From the NCBI GenBank assembly GCA_016839805.1, contig JAEOTO010000039.1, positions 1 through 15,587 on the forward strand: 15,587 nt of DNA, in the 5' to 3' direction. Position numbers and translations under genes: made by a program. The stretch comes from Candidatus Hermodarchaeota archaeon. Lineage in GTDB: Archaea > Asgardarchaeota > Hermodarchaeia > Hermodarchaeales > Hermodarchaeaceae. The notes below the pieces were generated by a model. The model was not told the DNA's origin and ran no database searches. It saw only the letters and a program-made list of their open reading frames with translations. Position 1 is the first letter of the stretch. Every line of letters begins with the position of its first letter. Positions 1 through 7,307 of this stretch are shown here, piece by piece.

Positions 1-1661
1 AAAATATCCACATCACGTAAGACTAAATCAGATTTCGTTAAAATGGAAATTGGGAAATGTTGACGCGTTAATAATTTCAAGCAATGACGCGTTACTTCAA
101 ATCGACGTTCTATCGGTTGGTAGGCATCAGTCACGCTGGAAAAAAGCACAGGATCCTTTGACAGTTTTTTCTTGCGCCTTAATTGCTGTTGCAAAACCCG
201 TGGAGCATTTACTTTAACATCTACAAAACTCCCCCATTCCTCACCCTGATGCCCAGTATAACGCGACATGAAACGAGCATAACAATTGGACACTGCTGCA
301 TAATTTACTACATAGGTTTTATCTTCATCTACCTGCAAGTTATAGACAAAGCCCCTATACTTTTCATCAAGAATGTCTTTTATGGGGACGAAAGCAAAGT
401 CTTGAGTTAGTCCCACGTATATGTTATGTCCTTCATTTACAGTCCTATTTAATCCAAAAATATCAACAAACTCTTGTCGAAATGTCCCAGCAGGAAAAAT
501 TGTGTAAGCGGTATTCTTTCTCAATCTACCTTTTTTTGAAATTGAGAATCCGCTAGGGATGGAGAGTCGTAATAAAATCAGTTGTACCGCATCTCGAATA
601 TTTGATGAGGTTGTAACGTAATTCGTTGGACGGGCTTTTTTATCGGTAGCATTTCCATCCCCCCGGAATAGACCTTTCAGAAATTCTCTTTGTTTATCTA
701 CAGGAAGAAAAAGAAACCAACTTGGAACTTTCATATTTTCTGATCTTTCACCGAATAGTGTCTCAAAAAAACGTGCTAAAATTGTTGAGCCAACTTCAAC
801 TCGAGTGGTATTTGGTGACCCTGCACGAATTTTTGGCTCAAGATTAAAATGGTGCTTTATCAACTCAAATACGTCATTAATGAACGCTATTTCATCCTCA
901 TGAAATGTAAAGACTAACTCTGCTGAATTAGGCCTATCCGGTTGTGAAATAACACAACCTTCTGCGATATAATAACCAACAAGACGCATGAAATCAATGC
1001 TCAAATCGATGACATTTGGAATGCTTATCTTCCCGCTTCTAAATCTGATATTACCATTCTCGTCGATTTCTAAGAGAGTAGAAAATCTACTTTCTTCTAG
1101 AATCTCTTTCACTTGAATTTCTTTGATATCGATGGAATCTCTAGGAATCGGGATGATCACGAAATCTCCAATTTCCAGCTCTCCTGCTTCGATTAGTTGG
1201 GGCTTTATCTCCCGTTTATTTTTGCATAGATTACACCGTCGAGTTAGATTTGTCCCCTTATCTTTCCTATTTGGGTAACAAATTGAGAAACCATCCATTT
1301 TGCAAATCAGGTCTTTTCGTTTGATCGCTAGAATACGATGGTTAAGAGTTATACAAAAATCTCTAAAATATCTCAAATTAATTCGACGAAGTTGGCCCTC
1401 ATAAAAGTGTTTGAAGGCATACTCGGCTGATTGCAATTGTCCTTTATGAGTGACAACTAGTGGTAGATTTTCCATCTCATCAATGTTTTGAATTTCAGTG
1501 AATCCTTTGTTTGTTAGAATCCGTGATGAGGGATGTAAACAATAGGCGCATGCATGTTGGCATCCCACATAGGGGTTGATGGCATAGGTCACGCCACTGA
1601 TTCGGCTAGGATTTAGAATACTTTTTGCTGAAACCTCGGTGACTCGGAGTTTTGATGGCAA
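1..1661 (-). CDS. Intein-containing radical SAM protein, SplB/Rv2578c-like (DNA-repair-associated) family; 3' end runs off the window
   Basis: Not in the ORF track; hand-translated. The frame is open from TTG 1661 (in-frame TGA at 1670-1668 just upstream) to the window edge. N-extein MPSKLRVTEVSAKSILNPSRISGVTYAINPYVGCQHACAY. C-extein CYARFMSRYTGH..WGSFVDVKVNAP..LFSSVTDAYQPIERRFEVTRHCL..ISILTKSDLVLRDVDI. Splicing restores NPYxGCxHxCxYCYA; the SSxTDxYQPxE and ILTKS..RD motifs are typical of this family. Confidence 0.93.
   Translation of the reverse strand, partial: MPSKLRVTEVSAKSILNPSRISGVTYAINPYVGCQHACAYCLHPSSRILTNKGFTEIQNIDEMENLPLVVTHKGQLQSAEYAFKHFYEGQLRRINLRYFRDFCITLNHRILAIKRKDLICKMDGFSICYPNRKDKGTNLTRRCNLCKNKREIKPQLIEAGELEIGDFVIIPIPRDSIDIKEIQVKEILEESRFSTLLEIDENGNIRFRSGKISIPNVIDLSIDFMRLVGYYIAEGCVISQPDRPNSAELVFTFHEDEIAFINDVFELIKHHFNLEPKIRAGSPNTTRVEVGSTILARFFETLFGERSENMKVPSWFLFLPVDKQREFLKGLFRGDGNATDKKARPTNYVTTSSNIRDAVQLILLRLSIPSGFSISKKGRLRKNTAYTIFPAGTFRQEFVDIFGLNRTVNEGHNIYVGLTQDFAFVPIKDILDEKYRGFVYNLQVDEDKTYVVNYAAVSNCYARFMSRYTGHQGEEWGSFVDVKVNAPRVLQQQLRRKKKLSKDPVLFSSVTDAYQPIERRFEVTRHCLKLLTRQHFPISILTKSDLVLRDVDI
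285..1541 (-). mobile_element. Intein (419 aa) with LAGLIDADG homing endonuclease
   Basis: Block A CLHPSSRILTNKG (Cys1 codon 1541-1539). Block B CITLNH. N4-like AGELEIGDFV. LAGLIDADG motifs RLVGYYIAEG (~983-957) and FLKGLFRGDG (~683-655). Block D NMKVP. Blocks F/G FVYNLQVDEDKTYVVNYAAVSN followed by +1 Cys (284-282). 1257 nt, in frame. Confidence 0.95.
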
Positions 1662-1689
1662 TATCTTTCACACTAACCTTTTGGGCTTG

Positions 1690-1698
1690 TATAATAAA
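1690..1698 (-). promoter_or_regulatory. Candidate TATA box of the radical SAM gene (probably leaderless or short leader)
   Basis: Minus-strand TTTATTATA about 30 nt upstream of TTG 1661. Confidence 0.5.
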
Positions 1699-1790
1699 GG
1701 CTCTTAACCCTCTCGGATAAGTGACCCATAGCGAAGTTGAAAAAATAACAACACAGAAAAGGTAGCAAATCAGAAGGGGGCGACGGTGAT

Positions 1791-2273
1791 ATGCGCATGG
1801 AGAAAGAACAACTTAAAACGTTTCTCAAGGAACAAATTGCATTGGAAGAAAAAATTGTCAGAAAAGCGAAGGCTAGCGTGAAAAATACTAAAAATGAACT
1901 CGTCCGGTATCTAATTCAAGCTATAGCTATCGACTCAAATAAACATGCACTCCTCATTAACGCTATCCTTGCCCGTCTGGAATCTAAAACACCCTTTATT
2001 GATGAGAAGAAACGGGATCAACTTGGATATAATATCAAAGAACACATCAACTTAGAGGCTCATGCTATCAAGACTTATCAAGAACTGATTCCCAAAACTG
2101 AGGATCCTGGCTCAAAGCAAGTTTTAGAATATATCCTCGATGATGAGAAGCGACACCACAATCTCCTCAAACGCCTTTACGAACTGGTCATTGAAAAAGA
2201 AACTCTCACTGAAGAAGACCTCTGGGACCTCACCTGGAAAGACGTTCCATGGCATGGCGGACCGGGTGGCTAA
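1791..2273 (+). CDS. Ferritin-like / rubrerythrin-like di-iron four-helix-bundle protein
   Basis: Duplicated E..(D/E)xxH pattern: QIALEE..DSNKH..HINLEA..DEKRHH. C-terminal tail WKDVPWHGGPGG. GGTGA at 1785-1789 is better spaced for the second ATG at 1797. Confidence 0.82.
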   Translation: MRMEKEQLKTFLKEQIALEEKIVRKAKASVKNTKNELVRYLIQAIAIDSNKHALLINAILARLESKTPFIDEKKRDQLGYNIKEHINLEAHAIKTYQELIPKTEDPGSKQVLEYILDDEKRHHNLLKRLYELVIEKETLTEEDLWDLTWKDVPWHGGPGG

Positions 2274-2344
2274 CTTTCTCCTTCTCACCTAAACCATCAC
2301 TATATTCATTTCTAAAAAATTAAAATTTACCAATAGCTTGGTCT

Positions 2345-3232
2345 TCAGTAGAAGAATGCCAGATACCTCAGCACTTCTAACACTGCTACAACACCAAATC
2401 CAACACCTATCGAGTAGAAGAAATACTTTGCTAGTTTCTCCGATGGCCTCGCTATGATTATACCAGCTAACACAGCACAAAAGACGAGAAAATAACCGAC
2501 AATCATGCCCTGAAAACCCGAAAAGAAGTACGCAATCGTGAAGACCGTTACAGTGAATAAAGATGCCATTCGTTTTCCAAACACAACTGCAAATGTTCGA
2601 TCCCCCACCTGCTTATCAGCAGTATAATCCATAATTGTACTAAATGAATGAATACCCATCACACAAGCGGTGATAAAATAAGCCTGAACTGGAATATCCA
2701 CAAGCGTTGCACCATAACTCGCTCCAAGCAAAACCGGAGCATAAAAGTAGAGGATTCCATTGGACACCGAATCCAATGGCGGACGCTCCTTAAACCGCAA
2801 CGGTGGTGCAGAATAGAAGTAGGAGAAGAATAACAACAAACCGATTGTAAAGATGTTGGTAGGATTCAAGGTTATTACAGCACTTGTAATTAACAAAATT
2901 GTGACAACAATGGACACTTTCCTTACAAAGGGAAAAAATTCTGTTTCCATCTCAACAGCATCGGGAACTGATTTTCGCGGATTTAGTTTATCCGCTTCAT
3001 AGTCATACATGTCATTTGTACCATACAGCAAGATACAGTAAGGAACCGAGAGCAAAATCAATTGAAAAACAGCAAAGGGTGTTATTAGCATTCCGAACGC
3101 CGTTAGACCCAATAGAAAAACGAGTGGACCAATAAACCATCCTAAGGGTCGACTTGTTTTGATGAACAACCACGCTTGAAACTTCACACGAAATTCGAGG
3201 TTGTGTTGGCTAATAACAGTTTGTATCAACAA
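2345..3232 (-). CDS. UbiA-superfamily membrane prenyltransferase, resembling lycopene elongase LyeJ/CrtEb
   Basis: SRPxxW, Asp-rich YGTNDMYDYEADKLNPRK, YSAPPLRFKERPPLDSVSN, second Asp motif DYTADKQVG, multiple TM helices. Start may be GTG 3187. Confidence 0.85.
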   Translation of the reverse strand: MLIQTVISQHNLEFRVKFQAWLFIKTSRPLGWFIGPLVFLLGLTAFGMLITPFAVFQLILLSVPYCILLYGTNDMYDYEADKLNPRKSVPDAVEMETEFFPFVRKVSIVVTILLITSAVITLNPTNIFTIGLLLFFSYFYSAPPLRFKERPPLDSVSNGILYFYAPVLLGASYGATLVDIPVQAYFITACVMGIHSFSTIMDYTADKQVGDRTFAVVFGKRMASLFTVTVFTIAYFFSGFQGMIVGYFLVFCAVLAGIIIARPSEKLAKYFFYSIGVGFGVVAVLEVLRYLAFFY

Positions 3233-4606
3233 TCATGCCACAAAATCAGTTAACCGGCGCTGATAGAGTTGACGGGCCAATAGACTTCCTCCATCTATCC
3301 AGGACTGCAAATTAATCCGGAACCCCGACATCATATACCGAATTGCCTCTTCCCGAGTATCAAACCGCAAATATGGTTGACGTAGAGCTTCACGGACAAT
3401 CTCACGACACTTCCACACACCAAGCGGCATGAGGTGGCTGGGTCGAGATTCACGAAGGACAACGACGGAGGCTTGGCGGCGTTCTTTAGCGAGGTGCTCT
3501 GTCGTCATAGCTCGGACAGCATAATAGCATCCACCAATGGATGCATAGGTTGTTCGACCTTTATGGGGTTCCCAGTCACTACAGATACCAACGTGCCTTC
3601 CAGACGGATTCCAAGAAGTTCCGGGGAACCAGGCTTCCACAAGTTCATAACTCCACGCTTCAGGGCTCATGAGAATTTTGAAGTGGTCTCCAAGGAAGTT
3701 ATGTTCATAAACTCGGTATTCGTTAATGAAAGAATGTTCTTTGACTTGGGCACGAAAGTGACGTCCAACAGTACTGTCGACTGCAGTAATACTCCACCGA
3801 GTAGGAACCATTCGCCGATTCCCTCCAATACCGAAGGAACCCATACTAAATGCTCGAGTAATCTTGGTGAGGTTTACATCATTGTTGTACAGGTCGACAA
3901 CTGCTGGAGCCGCTTTTAGATCTCGGTCCTCATACGCTCGTTCAAGTCGTTTATGCCCCTTCATGGTTCCTAAAACGAATTTGTCTAACATGGCTGAAGG
4001 GCCCATAGGTTGGACTTCTGAGTCAAGTCGGAGGGGGCGTCTGGGACGCTTCTTGAATAGAACCTCAGTTTCTACAGGACCTGAGGAAAGTGTCATGTCC
4101 CTTGTATCATCGATTATGCGACCAGATTGTTCGGGTTCATGTACACTGACTCGGTGCATACCGCGTACAAGGGAATAGCGATACTCCAAAATTTGGTTCA
4201 GGTCCAAATACATCCAATCTTCAGGTGAATCATAAATGGAAGTGTCCCCTATCACGGGTGGGACCAAGGGGCCAGCGTAGACTTTGGGCCATCCAAAGCG
4301 TCCAACGAAGACCCCTGGCGGTGATGATCCCTCAAGATCCGTTCTATCGAGGAGGGGTTTGACTTTCAAAAAAGAGTAAAGCCGGTGCAGGAGGGGGCAG
4401 GAAGATTTCCCGCAGAGCATCTTGCCACCCTTGCAGACAAGACATCGGGTCTGGCTGGAGGAAGGTGACAGTGTCTGCATGGTTACATCTAGGTCCTGGG
4501 CGGCTTCGACGCCATCCACCACAGGGGCTAGATAGGGTGCGACTTTGCGGACTTTCTTCACGAGCTTAACTCGTTTTGTTGAGCCTTTGCTCCTGAGTTG
4601 CCTCAC
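3233..4606 (-). CDS. nreA: Archaeal DNA repair protein Nre (NreA family, PCNA-interacting)
   Basis: Zn-finger-like CLVCKGGKMLCGKSSCP; GSSPPGVFVGRFGWPKV; RRMVPTRWSITAVD; GGCYYA; C-terminal PIP-like QRRLTDF. Start uncertain (GTG 4606). Confidence 0.92.
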   Translation of the reverse strand: MRQLRSKGSTKRVKLVKKVRKVAPYLAPVVDGVEAAQDLDVTMQTLSPSSSQTRCLVCKGGKMLCGKSSCPLLHRLYSFLKVKPLLDRTDLEGSSPPGVFVGRFGWPKVYAGPLVPPVIGDTSIYDSPEDWMYLDLNQILEYRYSLVRGMHRVSVHEPEQSGRIIDDTRDMTLSSGPVETEVLFKKRPRRPLRLDSEVQPMGPSAMLDKFVLGTMKGHKRLERAYEDRDLKAAPAVVDLYNNDVNLTKITRAFSMGSFGIGGNRRMVPTRWSITAVDSTVGRHFRAQVKEHSFINEYRVYEHNFLGDHFKILMSPEAWSYELVEAWFPGTSWNPSGRHVGICSDWEPHKGRTTYASIGGCYYAVRAMTTEHLAKERRQASVVVLRESRPSHLMPLGVWKCREIVREALRQPYLRFDTREEAIRYMMSGFRINLQSWIDGGSLLARQLYQRRLTDFVA

Positions 4607-4745
4607 ATCCGCACCGCCATCTTGTAATTAGAAGCCCAGTCCTTTAAACCAAGAGAGGGCATCTGATAAGTGATGTTAAGTTATGGTGGACTAACCTGTC
4701 TCCTTCGGATTTAAAATCGACGAATAAGCTGTATTGTAACGGACT

Positions 4746-5753
4746 TCAAGAAATGAAGTGTTTTTTGATCTTTGAGTAGTTTCCCCCACTAAATGGGCAG
4801 ACTCGGATGCAAACTGAACAACCATAAAAATCTGCGAAATACGGGAAGCATTTGGTTCGATCAACATATGTGATCTTACCATCCTTATGCGGAATTGGCG
4901 TTCTTAGAATCGCCTTTGGAGGGCACATTTTCACGCATATCTTACATGACTCACAAAATTCTCGAATCCATTCATGCTCATTCCCCTCTTGATAGGGTAA
5001 GTTTTCAATACTCGTAAAGACTGCAGTTAAGCGATTTCTTGGACCAAATTCAGGCGTAATAATGAGACCGTGTCGCCCATGAAACCCGATTCCCGACATC
5101 TGCCCTAGTGGTGGATACAAAGCCATACCACCTAAAGGATGACCCGCATGGGCTCCAAATCCATGCTCCCGTAGAAATTCTGCGATTTTATTCGACGCAA
5201 TTCCTAGTCTATCATAGGTATCCATAATCATTGTCATGGTCTCAAAACTGGGTGCTTTATCCATTCGTTCCTTATCCATTTCCATCGCCAGAATGATGGC
5301 ATTCCCATAAAGCACTGCCATCTCTTGAAAGACGTGTTTAGAGGAAAGTTTGGCAAATCCCACGTGAGAGACACCTAACGACTTTGCATAATCAATGAGA
5401 TCTTCAAAAAATTCTGATGGAGCCGTTTTTCGAGATGGCTGAGGATTCTTTACTAAAGAGCGGACAGATTTGCGCATATTACGCATAATTGATAACATGA
5501 AGTTTACAGGATATCCTCGTTTCATGAACCCTTCTCCCCGTTGAGCTCGTTTCAAGGCTTCCTGAGGAATATTGAATCGCGCTGGGGATTTAGGTCCAGA
5601 AAGAATCGCCTCAGGCCATCTTGCAACATCTTTTTCAAATTTCAGAAAACGGTTCATGAATGGGAGGGCTAATTTCTCGATGAGGACAGTTCTTACCGAG
5701 TTTTTTACTCCCATAATGTATCCTACCCGAGCTTGATTGTAAAGATTTTCCAT
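4746..5753 (-). CDS. Reductive dehalogenase / QueG-like cobamide-dependent 2x[4Fe-4S] oxidoreductase
   Basis: AKSLGVSHVGF; GIGFHGRHGLIITPEFGPRNRLTAVFT; Fe-S motifs CESCKICVKMCP and C..GCSVCIRVCPF. Alternative start ATG 5714. Confidence 0.78.
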   Translation of the reverse strand: MENLYNQARVGYIMGVKNSVRTVLIEKLALPFMNRFLKFEKDVARWPEAILSGPKSPARFNIPQEALKRAQRGEGFMKRGYPVNFMLSIMRNMRKSVRSLVKNPQPSRKTAPSEFFEDLIDYAKSLGVSHVGFAKLSSKHVFQEMAVLYGNAIILAMEMDKERMDKAPSFETMTMIMDTYDRLGIASNKIAEFLREHGFGAHAGHPLGGMALYPPLGQMSGIGFHGRHGLIITPEFGPRNRLTAVFTSIENLPYQEGNEHEWIREFCESCKICVKMCPPKAILRTPIPHKDGKITYVDRTKCFPYFADFYGCSVCIRVCPFSGGNYSKIKKHFIS

Positions 5754-5807
5754 TTGGTAACTCTTCTATTATAACAGGAATCGGGTGCTTTGAGTAGAGC
5801 AAACTCA

Positions 5808-7187
5808 TTACTGTTCTTGTTTATCATATTCCACTGTGCAAACTTCACAAGTCTTAGCCAATATGGGGGCTATCGCTGATTGGATAACCACAGTCATTAA
5901 AACGATGAGAAAAATGTAACCGGCAAGCTGGGGGTACACAAAGCCGTAGTTTAATGCCAGTGTCAGAGAAAAGAAGACTCCTGTAGCAGCGATGACGATT
6001 CCCCGCGGACCAAAGAAACTCATGAATATACGTTCACGAAATGTAAACTCCGTCCTGGCGGTTGACACTAACACAGCCAAAGGACGAATGACCAGAATAA
6101 GTAATCCCACAACAACCAACCCTGCCAGGAAGAATGGAGTGAAAAGCGTCACATAAAGCAGCTCCCAAGTAATGAAAGCGGTTAGTAGGAGAAAGACCGT
6201 GGCGATGGCTAACTGAACAAGATCCGACTGAAAAGTATGGACTCCCTCTTCGATGTGCTGCTTCATGTCATAGGATTCGTAGTCTTCCCAGTCCATTTCA
6301 GGTCCAATCCCAAATTTATCCCGATTCCCCAACATGATACCAGCAATCAACGCCGCAACGATTCCAGCATGGTGAGCAAAAGTTTCAGCAAGAGCAAAGG
6401 CAGCAAATGCTGCGATTAGCATACCAATGCGAGAGAGATGAGCAAGACTGTGGGTGTCAATTTGGTCTTTGTAATGAGAAATGAATCGTGGACCGACCCA
6501 TTGGGAAAGAAAAACGCCAATCCCTCCTACTACCAATCCGGCCAGGATTCCAATAAAGAGGTTAATAGACACGACAACGGGCAAGGCAATGGGCACGCCA
6601 GACAAAGAAGCTAAAATTGCAGTAAATATCGCTGAGGCTAGAATCACCCCTATTGCGTCATTAATTAACCCCTCTCCTTCCAGGGTGAATGCGACGTCTT
6701 CTTTAATTCCCAATCGACGAACAACGGGGTTGATGACTGTTGGTCCGGTAATCATGGTTAAGACTCCCATCAAAAAAGCAAAGGGTGGAATGATTACGGC
6801 AATGAACAAAAAGACGAGAGTCATGAGCACCGCCGTGATTAATCCGCCGATAAGTGATAAACGGAGGACATTCCCGATGAGTCGACGGAATTCTATAGGA
6901 GAGCACGCCTGTTCGTGTGGGAGGCAGCGGTTGAAACTGTAACCACCCTCAAAGACAATCACTGCGACCGCAACAGCTACAACTGCTTCAAGAAATTGCC
7001 CCTGATTGATTTGGAGAATATCAGGATTCAACAAGTTTAGGAATAAAGGGCCAATAATCAAACCGACAATAATATAGAAAATCAAGCGAGGTAATCGTGT
7101 GAGTTCGGAAAAAATGTGTGAAAGAAAAGTTGCACTAACCACTATTGCTGCAAAAATAACAATTAGAAGAGCGAAATCCAAAGCCAT
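5808..7187 (-). CDS. NhaP-type (CPA1) cation/H+ antiporter, paralog 1
   Basis: About 12-13 TM segments; VFEGG, TGPTVI, EGEGLINDA, FFGPRGIV. Confidence 0.9.
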   Translation of the reverse strand: MALDFALLIVIFAAIVVSATFLSHIFSELTRLPRLIFYIIVGLIIGPLFLNLLNPDILQINQGQFLEAVVAVAVAVIVFEGGYSFNRCLPHEQACSPIEFRRLIGNVLRLSLIGGLITAVLMTLVFLFIAVIIPPFAFLMGVLTMITGPTVINPVVRRLGIKEDVAFTLEGEGLINDAIGVILASAIFTAILASLSGVPIALPVVVSINLFIGILAGLVVGGIGVFLSQWVGPRFISHYKDQIDTHSLAHLSRIGMLIAAFAAFALAETFAHHAGIVAALIAGIMLGNRDKFGIGPEMDWEDYESYDMKQHIEEGVHTFQSDLVQLAIATVFLLLTAFITWELLYVTLFTPFFLAGLVVVGLLILVIRPLAVLVSTARTEFTFRERIFMSFFGPRGIVIAATGVFFSLTLALNYGFVYPQLAGYIFLIVLMTVVIQSAIAPILAKTCEVCTVEYDKQEQ

Positions 7188-7307
7188 TCTTACACCAATC
7201 TACAATTCTCTTTCTATATGTATGCTTTGTGAGTTATAATTTAAGGCACATAATTGTACTGTACTTGCTATCCTCTTGATTAGAGGAATTACTAAGCTCT
7301 TGTGTCA

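Noticed and set aside
183-410. 75-aa plus-strand ORF
   Set aside because: Antisense shadow of the intein/radical SAM gene
524-545. Possible frameshift or stop at the T7 run (531-537) in the intein
   Set aside because: Careful translation keeps the frame open (..FSISKKGRLRK..), and the intein length is a multiple of 3
2255-2273. C-terminal Gly-Gly as a ubiquitin/SAMP-like modifier, or the tail as an encapsulin cargo peptide
   Set aside because: The fold is ferritin-like rather than beta-grasp; no LxxGSL-type cargo motif and no encapsulin gene in the window
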